Source: Dirinaria sp. TL-2023a (lineage: Eukaryota). From it: a DNA stretch of 36,173 bases. Each line of letters starts with the position of its first letter. The stretch's first letter is position 1. Positions 1 to 11,745 of the stretch are shown one piece after another. Where the stretch lies: assembly GCA_051941275.1 (NCBI GenBank), contig JAVEBF010000065.1:1-36173 (forward strand). The letters are read 5' to 3'. The notes below the pieces were generated by a model. That model saw nothing but the letters and a program-made list of their open reading frames with translations. It searched no databases and had not been told where the DNA came from. Position numbers and translations under genes: made by a program.

Positions 1-60
1 GTTACGGAAGATTGTGATGATTATTATTAGCAGCGCGGAGATTGGGTTTGAGCCTGCCAT
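1..60 (-). CDS. Probable Pmp3/RCI2 (UPF0057) small membrane peptide; first exon 60->6, with an intron starting at 5 and running off the window
   Basis: ATG at 60 follows an A-rich context and reads MAGSNPISALLIIIITIF, then a phase-1 GTAAC donor. This resembles fungal Pmp3-like N-termini that continue into xPPxGV. Only 18 codons are visible. Confidence 0.5.
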   Translation of the reverse strand, partial: MAGSNPISALLIIIITIFRN

Positions 61-1225
61 TTTTCTTTTTTTTCTTGGGTTTCGGTCTTTTCTTGGTTGG
101 TTTTTCCCTTGGGGTTTTCGAGGGGTTGGTGGTGGATAGAAGAGTACAACTGTAGAAGGATGCGCGGTGGTAATTGGGAAGAGACAAAGAGAGGGAATAG
201 GCTGATTTAGTAGTGGTTGGGGTCGTGAATTTGCCTTGAAGCTACTTTTGGAACTTGGTTCTGAGTGTGAGACAGGGTTATGAGCTGGTCTTGAGCTTTA
301 TGAGCAGGAAATGAGGAGAGAAGAAATACTTGGTTACTACTGTATGCAGAGTATCACGCGGATGCTCGTGTTTGATGCTTGCCAAGGTCGCTCGCAGTAC
401 CTCGGTGGTGACGTAGCATTGGATGTGGCTGTGCTGCTCATGTGTGGCAGTTCCCTCGCTTATCGGCCTTCTTCGGACTGCCCTTTTGATCTTGGACTCT
501 TGCGTGGTTCGTTCCTTCACATTATTATTGGAAGGGGGCCTGCCATTGAATGTAAGGTCGCTTGGGTTGTATGAATGGCCTAGCTGATGCCTTGTGCCTT
601 TACAGTCTGTATTCAAGGGAGTAAGGTAGTCATGAAATCTCCTTGAATCTCCTTGGCTGCGTGTACTGGATACTTTGGAATTCCAAGGTCAGCAAAGCAG
701 CGGAAGAAGTTGCTGCTACCGAATCATCCATACCTATCGATTGCGAGGACTACCTCGAAATGCTTTCATATGAAGGCAATCCTTGGGTCAGGTATGCCAA
801 TATACTTGTCAGTCTTTCCGTATCACAGAAATTGTCATACTTGATATGGCTCGAATTGATCAGTTGTTCACTGATCCTTGCTTTCCCCAAGTGATCCTCA
901 TGGGAAGTGTTGTCATCCGAGGAGCGGCCCGGTTCAGCAGATTGACAGAGATGGCCGCCAAGATCACGAGTACTCGGAGCCCTTGCCGCCCAGGCTCTGG
1001 AGGCATCACGGTGCCATAGTGTTGTAGCAGAGGACCATCAGCCGTCAGGTGGCTCCAGTGTCGTGTCCGATTCAACCGAATGTGAATGCCTAGCCTTTAC
1101 GTAGCCAGGACATCAGCTGCATCCGTGGAAACTACCCCTCAAGGAAGGGACCTACTGCCTTATCTTCAACCATCCTATTAGCTTCGATATTTAGCCAGTT
1201 ACAAAGTCCTACTACCGTAGTCAAG

Positions 1226-2144
1226 ATGTGTTGCTGGGGCTACGAAGATGTGTACCTTGAGGATCCTCCTAAGAAAAAGAAAGAGAAACCGAAAGACCCA
1301 AATACGTATGTTATGATGTCGTCGGAAATGCCAAAGCCGGCGGAAAAACCGGCAGAGCAGCCCGTGGAGGCTCCTGTAAGTGGCGTGTTATTCATACTTC
1401 ACACGCATGACACTTTCATTGTTTCCGACCCCTCTTGAATCTTGACACTCTCCGACTCTTGTCCATCTCCTCAGTCATATCTACGCTATGATCTTCGCGA
1501 GATCCGTAACCTTTTCAAGCCTTGATATTGAACGATTACCCTGAGCAAACATGGCTACCTATCATGACTGGACACCGCTTGAGCCAGCAGCGACACAGGC
1601 GCCTCCCAAGAGTGGCTGGGAACGTCTTGCTGAAGCGCAGGATGAAGCGAAGCGTAATGCTCAAGTTGCGCCTCTTCACTACCACCAAGCTTCAAGGCAG
1701 CCCATTGCTCCAGCTAGATCGGTACAATACGCACTTGTTGCTTCTCAAGCACCAGAACCCAAACCTGAACCAGAAGTCGGACCCTTTGGCTACTATTTCT
1801 ACTATCCTGTCTCTTGCCACTTCACTCATCATCTTTGCGAGCATCATGCTGACAATCTCCAGCAACCGGTATACATGGCCGCAGAGCCAATGCATTACGC
1901 TCCCGCAGCAAATCACGCCGCGTTTTATCAGGCTGCCGCACCCGCACCTGCACCAAAGCCTGAGGAGCCGAAATCCGAGCCTGCACCCAGTCCTTTTGGA
2001 GATCCGAACACTGAGTTCTACTGTCGCGAACTTGACGGTTCATGGTCTTTGAGAACTTGCACCGACATCGTGACAAACTGTCAACCTGGCTTCTGGCAAA
2101 CGAACGCTAAATCTGGATGGCCTGTGTACTATCGCCAAACATGA
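1226..2144 (+). CDS. Uncharacterised Pro/Ala-rich fungal protein. First exon A (1226-1375) or first exon B (1551-1808) joins a common exon (1863-2144)
   Basis: GTAAGT donor at 1376 and GTCTCT donor at 1809 are both phase 0. Branch GCTGAC and CAG acceptor end at 1862. The C-terminus FYCRELDGSWSLRT..CQPGFWQ..GWPVYYR looks like a conserved small domain. Confidence 0.7.
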
Positions 2145-2650
2145 TCATGGCCTTGGTGAGTCACTTTTTACCTTGAAAGCTTAAGGCCTTTGCTGACACC
2201 AAATAGGTTTCCTAAAACCCTTCGTCACGGCTTGGGGTGGAGGCCTGTTTGAAAGCGGATTGAGCATGGATCGGGTTAGGGTAGCTATGGTGGACAGTGT
2301 GCATGCATGTACCATTCTTTTCGCATGGAACGACCTCAATATGACAAAGGTGCATGCAATGAATGATTGCCAATAGCATTAGGTATCATAGCATTACTTG
2401 ATTTACTGGCTTTGAGCAACACTGAAAATGGACTCCCAATCATTAAATCATTAATCCGTGACAATGCTCAATCGAGGCAGATTTTATGTCTTCGACACCA
2501 AAATTAAAGCTTAACATATTCAGTAGAATCGTTCTTATCTACTGAGTACATTAGTCAATGTCAATCGCCTCACTAGCAGTAGATTAGCGAGCCCAATCGT
2601 TTTCAACCTCCTGCTAGCGACGTCATAACTACCATTGTGCCCCAAAGTCA

Positions 2651-3399
2651 ATGCCCAAACCTCAGAATGATTTTTTGCTCTTCCTAGGCCTTCTAGCTCT
2701 CTTCACGGTCCCATTCTTCTTCTTCAACGGCACCAGCAATCCCTCCCAAGAGCCAGCTTCCCCGACTTGCCCACCCTGCACCTCCACCATGTCAACCACC
2801 TACACCCAGACGCACGTCACGCTCCCTCTCCTTGGGCGCGGTTCGCACCTCATAACGCCTCATATCACGTCCTCCGTTCCAGCCATTAAGGATATCAAAT
2901 GCGGGCTGCTCCACCTCTTCCTCCAGCACACGAGCTGCGCGTTGACGATGAACGAGAATTGGGATAGCGATGTTAGGGCGGATATGAGCGATGCGCTGGA
3001 CCGGATAGCGCCGGAGGATAAGAAAGGGCAGGGTTTATACAGACATGACGCGGAGGGGACCGATGATATGCCTGTGAGTCTACCCTTACTGAAGGTAGTG
3101 CAGTGAGTTCGGAGGCGTTGCTTGAGGGATGTCTGGATGCTTTGGTCTGCACCTGATATTTCCCATGTGATATTGTGGGCTAGCGATGTTATTTTCGATA
3201 CTATAGTTCCAGAGACAGGCTAATCGCAGGTCATGGCTAGGCACATATCAAATCTGCTCTCATAGGAGCAAGCGTTAGTGTGCCTATCTCGAACGGCAAA
3301 CTTGCTACGGGAACCTGGCAAGGCATATGGTTTCTGGAGTTCAGGGACGGTAAGCAACGGCGAAAGGTACTGGCAACTGTACAAGGCGAGAAAATGTAG
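2651..3399 (+). CDS. YjbQ/UPF0047 family protein; exons 2651 (or 2789)-3073 and 3241-3399
   Basis: Family motifs HTSCALTMNENWDSDV, YRHDAEGTDDMP|AHIKSAL and GTWQGIWFLEFR. Intron 3074-3240 (GTGAGT..GCTAAT..TAG) joins DMP to AHIK in frame. TAG at 3397-3399. Confidence 0.93.
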
Positions 3400-3715
3400 G
3401 AATCAGTAGCGAACTGCCATATTAACAGCATGTTCAAACGCAACATATGGGCCTCATTCGGCTGATCAAATGATTGAGGTGCATCTTCAATTGGCTATGT
3501 CAGGTAAGTTCTTACTCTCCTTCGTTAATGGCTTTGGGAATTGGCCTGCGATATTCTATACTAGGACCACTTGTGGTGTACAAGGTAAGAATTCCGTTCA
3601 TACAAATGTCACAATCTCAATGCTTCCTTCTGAAATATCCCAAGTACCTTCTAAGGTTGGTTCAATTCCGCGCTCGCATCCAGTACTCGTCGTCATTGAA
3701 TGGGGCATGTCAGAG

Positions 3716-4904
3716 CTAGTAGCCAAGCAGAGATTTGATCCATTTCCCCCATGTTGGCTTCTCTTGCGTAGCGACAGCATTTGTGCGGCTCTCTTTGAAA
3801 TGCCTGAATCGATCAAGCTCACCCCGACCTACATTCAGGTAGTCTCTCGCACCTGTTTATTCGTCAGCTTGATCAAGAGATATGCCACAGTGGTTGCAAA
3901 CTTACGCTGATCCTCAACATGATCTGTTGAACAGCGAGGGTGCCGCACGGAATGCTCGTAGCGTAAAGCTTCCGACATGCTCATCCAGTACTCCCATTGA
4001 CCCGTGGCAACCTGGCAGCAATCATTTGGATTGGTTTGGCTGAACCAAGGGGCACGACCTTGGTCGCGACCAAGCTCGTGCTGCAGACGCCACAAGCGAC
4101 GCCACGCTTGAAAGATCTCCACGGTAAGCTCGCCGCCCTCGGCAGTTCGGGCGTCAAGAAACTCCATGCCTTCCCCATCTTTCTTGACCAATTCTTGTAC
4201 TGCCGCAACACAGTACTCGCGGAAGTATTCGCGAAATATTCCTTCCGATACAGGTGTGCCGTCGTAGATGATGGCGGCGAGCTTGAAGAACCCTTCCGGA
4301 TTGGTCTCGATATCGATGCACGAGGCGATCTTCTTTAGGACAAGAGGAAGCATTTCCCTCAGCTGATATTTTTCAGCCGCTACGTACACCTTGGCAAGGT
4401 ACTCCGCAGCAGCTTGCTTGGTATCTTTATCCGTATCGTTGGCGACACCGGCTGCGATCGGCTTGGTGTCGAAGGCGTCCATGTCCTCTGTCACTGTCGT
4501 ACGGATCGGAATATTCCACGATTCATGGCGCACTACCTCAAGAGATTTTCCTTCGGTGTCGATCCCGAAGTTGAAGTCACCCCTATAAAGGTAGTCTACG
4601 ATGCAGCTGATCACATCTGGTTCGTCCTGTGGCAGCTTGATGATGCCTTCGCTGGATTCTCTAAAGTTACCGTCGCACATCATGGCAAAGACAGGTGACC
4701 TTCGGAGCAAGCTCCTATGGACGACGTATGGGGTCTCGTTATCGCCCGCCCCCACGACCAATGTTATGGTCTTCGAAATGTATCTTCTTGATCTAAATTA
4801 GTGAGACTCTGGAACTGAACTTTGCTAGGAACCTACTGTGTTGCTGGGTTCGTTAGGTATGCTGCTGCCAAGTCTTTTATATTTTCTGTGGTGTGCGAAG
4901 ACAT
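3716..4904 (-). CDS. BTB/POZ domain protein; exons 4904-4837, 4792-3906 and 3852-3716
   Basis: ITLVVG..YVVHRSLLRRSPVFAMMCDGNFRESSEGIIKLPQDEPDVISCIVDYLYRGD and VYVAAEKYQL are typical of fungal BTB proteins. Introns 4836-4793 (GTAGGT..CTAAT..TAG) and 3905-3853 (GTAAGT..GCTGAC..CAG) keep frame to TAG at 3718-3716. Confidence 0.88.
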
Positions 4905-5649
4905 TGCTAAAAAATTTGTGTATACAAGTACTTACTAACAGATATATGACATGTGCGTTGGGCTTTTAGCAATGAAAGAGCTGCAAAAGAGCTGAAGAAA
5001 GTGTATCTGAAGAGGAACCAGAATTTGTTCTTGAGACCCACATAGTTTAAATAATGCAGCTCTGTGTTGCGTTCGAGCTTCATGTTTTTTTTTTGGTGTC
5101 ATCTGGATCCTTGGTAGAGGCAACACTCGCACAATATACTGCTTGGTGATAAAGAAAACGTAACACTCATATATTATAGTACTTGGTGACAACGCTCCAA
5201 GGAATAATCTCGGTCACAGAGAACGGTGTCTTCCGTTTATTCGAAATTGTAAGTGTGCCGGCTGATATGGAAGGCTTTGACAATAATGTAGAAATCATCT
5301 TTGCTTAATCATGCTGCCTGCAGAACTTTATTCTGTCCGTTCTGAAGTCTTTCCCCATAGCTAAGTACCGCAGGAGAAGCAGAGTAGGCTGACCACATGA
5401 TATAGTAGTATAAGATTTTGAAAGCCCCACAGAACATCATGGGAAGTATAAGGACTGAGCGAGCAGCTTCACAACGGAGGAACTTCAATTATATATCCAC
5501 ATGAAAAACCTCAAGCAAACTCGAAGGATTGCTCAAGCAATGCAGAGAAAATTTTGTAGGTTTGATCAGAAAAGCAATCGCAGATCAGCCATCACGAGAC
5601 AAGCATAAAATTCAGGCTTCTTTGCTCAAGCACTTGCTGTTTTCCTATA

Positions 5650-6435
5650 TCACAGTGACTGATGTTTCCCACAGTACCCTTGCCATACCAGCGAGCCAAA
5701 AGCGTCCCCTCGCTGGATATAAGGTTGAAGGTGCTCGTCGCCTTCCTCACCTCTGTTCTTGATCCGGTCTATTGCCTTCTGGAGATACGGTTCAAGTATT
5801 TGAGAAGCACCCGGTTTCTCTTCGTATATCATCGCGACCTGCCAAAGGAACCCATCTGGAAAATCCGTAGGATTGACGTAGTACGTCAATCTCTTCAATG
5901 CCAGCGCTTGCACTTCATTCAACTCATACTTCTGGGCTAGACAGTAGACCTGACTCAGATTGGTGACAGCACACTGACTCCGCCACGCCGTTGCTTCAGA
6001 TAGTTCCCTCGTTTGAGCACGCGTTATCTCCGGAACCTCTCCGTTCGTTGTAGACGGTTCGGGTGTCGTGCAAGCAGTGGTGAGCCAATTGTACGGTGCG
6101 TGACCGGGATCGATCCTGACAGGGAGTTTCTTCATGTACAGAGCTTCTAGCATCTGAGAGAAATGGTCCGGATTATCCGCTGATAAGCGGATCACTGAAG
6201 GCTCTTCGGGATCGCACAGAGAGCCGCAACATCGCTCTTTGAGTATGGGAGACAGGTGGACAAAGCCCTCGTGCACTAGGAATCGTGCTTCATCATATCC
6301 TACGAGGATTGTTATCACATTGGACTCGGTGAAGCTGGTATGACATGTCAGTACTAATCTTTGACCAGTGAACAGGATCACAAACTCATTACTTTGATTA
6401 TCCACCTCATGCGTCACTACGTCTGATGGGCCCAT
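5650..6435 (-). CDS. BTB/POZ domain protein, a divergent relative of the neighbouring gene; probable in-frame intron 6385-6335
   Basis: ITILVG..FLVHEGFVHLSPIL..IRLSADNPDHFSQMLEALY and VYCLAQKYEL. An ACTGAC branch and CAG acceptor sit just before the BTB strand 1. The donor (GTTTGT) is weak. Confidence 0.8.
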   Translation of the reverse strand: MGPSDVVTHEVDNQSNEFVILFTGQRLVLTCHTSFTESNVITILVGYDEARFLVHEGFVHLSPILKERCCGSLCDPEEPSVIRLSADNPDHFSQMLEALYMKKLPVRIDPGHAPYNWLTTACTTPEPSTTNGEVPEITRAQTRELSEATAWRSQCAVTNLSQVYCLAQKYELNEVQALALKRLTYYVNPTDFPDGFLWQVAMIYEEKPGASQILEPYLQKAIDRIKNRGEEGDEHLQPYIQRGDAFGSLVWQGYCGKHQSL

Positions 6436-8673
6436 TTTGTCTGCGCTCTTTCAGGCGATGGACACTTTGACGGCTATACAGAAGCAAGCATTGTAGGAAT
6501 GTCCAGGCGGGATCGATATGAAATATCCTCACATAAACCTATGTGTTGAGCTTTCAAGGAGAGTGTTCCGCTTTTTTTACTAGGTCAATCCAATGCATCA
6601 ACACTGTGAATGTACTCGGATGCCTGTAGCGTATATTGGGTCATTCATCCTTCTTGTGAATGAAGCGAGAAATTTGGCGCGTGCCCAAAATGCAAAAATG
6701 TTACCACAGAGGTTTCTCGATATTTTGTTCACTACAAGAAACACTTTTGGTTTCCCCCCACCGGCGTTACTTTCCTCCAACCAAACGTCCTCTCATCCAC
6801 ATATTGAGGCCTTCCTACCTAGGACTTTTCGGCTTCTTGTGAAAGCTGTCCTAACTCATACATCGAGTTCCCCCGACACCTAACATAGATGAATGGGGTA
6901 TTTCGGCCTCGAAATGGCCCCAGTCGACTGAACTCCCTACTCGGAAATTTGCGAAACACGAGTTATGCTATCGAGTATTCATGCTGAAACTGAGGGAATC
7001 AGAAGCGATAATGTTCTGGTAATTTGACATTGGTGTTCAAGTCTGCCGACGCTGGGTCTGCCTGCGAAGCGAATATCCCATCAAGAACGGAAGTGTCATG
7101 ACATCCGCCATTGTGAAGTCATAGTTGATGGGGAAATTGGACCTCTGATGGACTTAACATCTCAAAGCATCCTGAGAGCGCGAAAGCACCCTTTTCACCT
7201 GGAGGTGTGCCATTCAGCGAGGCAATGTACCTTGGAATGACGAGTTCAAGGTCCGCTGTCATAGTTCCCCATGCAAGGCTAATATTCTGGACTCATTGGA
7301 ACAGCAGGAGTCAATTTCGCTTTGTTATATTCAACGAGCGTGTTACCCTCGTACCAGGTAAGTCTAGAAGTAAGATACATAACAGGACGGAAGTAGGTAG
7401 AATATATGTGAGCCGAAGGGCCAGCGCTAAGCCTAGTCAGGTGAAATCCCTGAGACAAATCCACGATACATTTCTGGGCAGGTATGACATCATAATGTAC
7501 CTTCCAACGTTTAAAAGCACTTATGATTCGCCATCTATAAGGTAATATATCAACATATAATTTCAAAACGTCATTCGTGCAAATGCTCTGGCTATGGAAA
7601 AGTGTAGTTCACTCGACGCTGAGTACACGGCTGACGTTTTGAAGCGGAACTTCCACCACTTTTTGGGGCTCTTTTTAAGCAAAGTCGATTGCATTCACTC
7701 CGTATGACCCACGCAACACGGAAGTCGAATATCAGCACGAATCATTTATTGTATGCAGACATTAACTTTCCTTTTCCACGGAAGATCGGAGATATTCGGT
7801 TTCTGAGCCGGCTTAGGGAGCAACGCCGCTGGTGCGGCTAAACCTCGATCTTCAAGGATTCATACATTACGTACCTTAGAGGGTCTATTTCGCGATGGTA
7901 TCTCAGCGGACTCGCCTTGAGGCGCACGGGTAAAGCCGCAATTAGCCTGGACTTGACGTCAATAATCGCGTGCTAGCCAGTACATGCATTCCATGCAAGG
8001 TACTTTGGCGAAGTCATTCAACCATGTACCTGAAGAGTATCGCTCAAACATTTTTCAATGCACCTTCTTTGCTTATGCGTGGTAAGAACGACATTTATTG
8101 CGTGCCGTCTTCGCACAAATCTCTGGTAATTCAATGCAGCTCTCTAGCCTCGCTTACGGCCTTTCTCCTCATAGAGGTTAAAAACGGCTGTCATTATTGC
8201 TATGGGACTGCGGCTTCTGCTTGTCCGCGAATGGTCACACTGAGTGCTCCGTCCCTAGTCTATAGGGATATGTCAAAGTTCTTGGCCGAGCTTGACCGCC
8301 CGACTACTCTCTTTCGTGGAGCCAAATTGAATTCACGGATGAGTAGTCAGTAGACTTAGGTTGCTAAGTCTTAGCATGCAGCCTTAGTGTGCTATTCTCG
8401 GGTATTCGAACTCCAATAAGTAACGGCCAGAATTTATTCATCTGTGCCTGGATGAAGAGAATGCAGACATGCTAGATGAGCTCATAAGAGGGCTGGAAGT
8501 TGCGAACCTGGCTTTAGTTTCTGAATTTTGTGCACATATGAAGAGACGCGGACGGAATAGTCTTCCCTTTCCTCGATGCTGTTGTATATCGGTGAACTAT
8601 CTTGCAAGTTTGCAAAAACAATCCTTCTTTCATAATTTTCTCCCCCACACCACAACAAAGCCAAATCCAGACT

Positions 8674-10664
8674 ATGCCAGGCAAAGTTGAAAGAGGCCTG
8701 GGAGGGGAAGGCGTCCCTGTGGAATGGGTCTCAAAATCTGGCTTTGGAACTACGTCTCGTTTCCTCGCAGCTGTGGTCAACGAGGGTCTTGCTGTGGCCG
8801 TTGTGGCACAACCAGCAAAGGGGAATAGCCTTGGACTACGCATCAGTAGCAATGAGGCCCCTCATCAGAGTACATCTGCGAGCATTTGGGTTGGTCTAGA
8901 TGGGCGCTTGCCATACGATGCGATTAAAATGCGCCTCTTACGACTACTGCACCCAGATGACCTTAGACCACCAGTATATCTCGGAGGTGACGCTTCCCCA
9001 GCGCCGGAAGGGGTGACTGAAGTAGACCCAAATACGGTGTTTACCACCATGTGTCAATGGCTCGGATCCAACGAAGGAGCGCGGCGACAAATCATCGAGG
9101 AGCTCAACAGCTCTGTCGTAAACCAGGGTACATAGGGAAAAAATTTTCCAGCTTTCAAGCCAGGCCGGAGACCGCACAGCTAACAGTCAACTAGAAGTGT
9201 GGCTCAAGGACTCTGCCAATCATCTTCCTACACTGGAAAGCCGTGCCATCGATTGGGAGAGAGCCGTAATTAGGGGTCATCCAACCCATCCTGTTAGTCA
9301 TGGTTTCTATTGCTGGCTGCGTAGGTGCATCGTTGCATGGCTGACCCGCAGTTGTAGATGCATAGGACTTGTCTCCCAGAAGCTCCACTTGCTGCGATTG
9401 CTCCGAATGAGATTTTGCAGATGATGAAACCCGAAATCATTTTTATTTCTGTCATGCGCTCCGATATAAGGATCGTTGGGCCATTCGAGTCATCTATAGA
9501 ACCGCTTCTACGAAGTCAAGGCGTCGAGTTGGCTGAGAACACATCGGAACGCATTGTTCTACCATGCCTAGCCCGTCAACTGCCTGCAATTCGCCATCAC
9601 CTGCGCTCTGGGATTTCGCAGTTGCCATCAACGCCACTGTTTGGCCAAGCACAAGCTTCGATCCGTACAGTCTCACTTTCTCCGAACCACAATTTCCCAT
9701 ACGATTTGAAGTTTGCACTAGCTTGCAATATTACATCTGCATTACGAACAATAACGCCCTGGACAGCTTTAGTAGGACCAGAGATATGTTCCATTCTCGA
9801 GAAGCTTATGCCGCGGAGCATGTGGATATGCAAAGAACATGCAGCAGTTACTGGGGCCCAGACGGATTTCGATGATGCTAAGCACTGCTCTGTCCTTTTG
9901 CGGGAAAACCTTCAAAGAAAAGCTGACGCGCAAGGGGAAAGTTTGATAATATCAGCGGCATTGGCCGAAAGAGGCGTTGAGGGAGAAGCATGCCATGCGG
10001 AACGACTCTTCGAGTTGTCGACTTTAGAGCAGAAGCAGCACTGGTTTCGAGAGTAAATCCTGTTGTCCTATGCCTATCAATGGGGCGTTAACGTCTTGCA
10101 GATATGCTGCTCTGATACTTGCAACGATCTTACCTCCAGTTCTGAATCATGGTATTGGCATAGAAGCGCATTGCCAGAACCTGCTTGCCCGTTTCGACAT
10201 CAAGTCAAAGGCGTTGACTGGATTTGCCATGCGCGACCTCGGCGGTTTTACAATGCATATGCCTACTTTACGTAGCCAAGGCTTTGACATCACAACTTCT
10301 CCGCCTGGGAGTTCGATTCCGGTAGATGATCTTCAGAAGGTCTGGTACAGGGTCCACCATAGTCTCTTCCAAGGCCATCTCAACCAGATGATCCACGGTC
10401 TCAAGCTGCAGAGACGAAACGGTTGGGCCATCGTAAGGGAGGAATTATACAAGATCCTGAAACCCGACAGTAGTGGGGAAGCAAAGGCATTTTACAACTT
10501 TTTGATGGCCGAGAGCATGCCAATGAAATGCTTCCTGGGAATGAAGATGCAACGCCTGTATCGTGATACTGATGTGAGCACAGATTACTGGTGTGTGGTC
10601 GCATTACTGATGGAGATTTTAGACACTCTATCGCGATGTACCCAATGTACTTTTGAATGAGTAG
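8674..10664 (+). CDS. IucA/IucC-family NRPS-independent siderophore (NIS) synthetase-like ligase; exons 8674-9127, 9195-9292, 9358-10052, 10102-10573 and 10623-10664
   Basis: The spliced product has WERAVIRGHPTHP|MHR, QASIRTV, DLKFALACNITSALRTI, LLREN, EAHCQNLL, RDLGG and a C-terminal VPN. These are the canonical NIS motifs (GHPxHP, SxRT, K..TS..R, ExHxQN, RD). Four introns with branch sites restore one continuous frame. Confidence 0.9.
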
Positions 10665-11745
10665 CTTAGGACAACGTCGTTCGCACGCTGTCTCTACCTG
10701 CTGCCGAAGATTTAACCATCACGAGAGGATGGGGAAGCGGAAGGCGCATGTTCAGGATTCTAGGACGATATTACCGTTGATCCGGATGGTAATCGCAAAG
10801 CTAGGGTCAGCCTGATCAACTCACGATCCATGGCATCGCTTTGCATCCTTTTACGTAATTAGACTGGACCACCAGCACTTGGTCGTGCTCGCTGACGCGG
10901 ACATGGGAGGCTGATCACCCAAGCTGACTGTGTATTTCGTAAGTACCAAGGAAGGATCAATTAAGTTGTGTGGGCTGATGATTGCAGAATGAGATTGGTA
11001 ATTCAAGGGCCGGCCTTCCGATAACCGTCGACTTACCATTGATACCCTAATACAGAGCATCAATATCCTACTTGGCTCCTACTACAGAGCAACAATGATT
11101 ATGAACACATATTTGGCGTCATTCTCAAGGCCTTAGCTGGCTGCTTCTGCTCAAAGGGTCTGAAAGGTTTCCAATCCGAGCTAGGCCGAAGGATGCTGCT
11201 GTTTTTGCGGATGTAAGGTAAGCACTACTTACTCCGTATTGCAGCATCGCTCAGCCCCCACGTTACGATTATCATCGTACGACTCAGCCTCCACGAAGGA
11301 TCGCCCCGCTTGCCGCCATCCCCTCATGCCTGTACGGAGGACGCAGGTACAGATTCAGGGCCATGCTAGCGCTTAAGTGAGTTAGATCGGCCCATCCCTG
11401 TACTCGAACCAGTGAAGGAGAGTCAGCCTGCTCTCCAATTCTGGCTTGCTCACTGAAGCGGGAGGCTTGAACGTTGTTGTGAAGGAATGCTTCATCCTCT
11501 TTCCTTTCTGTCTCCAGCTGTACGGCACAGAACAGGATCCAACGCGCGTCCGAACGTTCTCTCAGTTATAATCACTTTCTGCCCCCTCGTAGTTTCCTTT
11601 ACCTCTCCTTTGCGATCCCTCTCCCTTCATTTCCAAGGGTCTCCTTAGTGTTAATTTATATAGCTCGCTAGAGCTTCATCTCGTGTTCTCTCCGTACCAT
11701 TTCATAACTCTCATTCTACATCGCCGTAAAAAAACAAAAAAAAAA

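Noticed and set aside
278..1075. Cluster of short ORFs between the first two genes
   Set aside because: No motifs or splice support. The region is the divergent intergenic space between the ATGs at 60 (-) and 1226 (+).
6880..7280. Possible minus-strand pseudogene between the second BTB gene and the NIS gene
   Set aside because: Some protein-like stretches, but multiple stops and no motif I could recognise.
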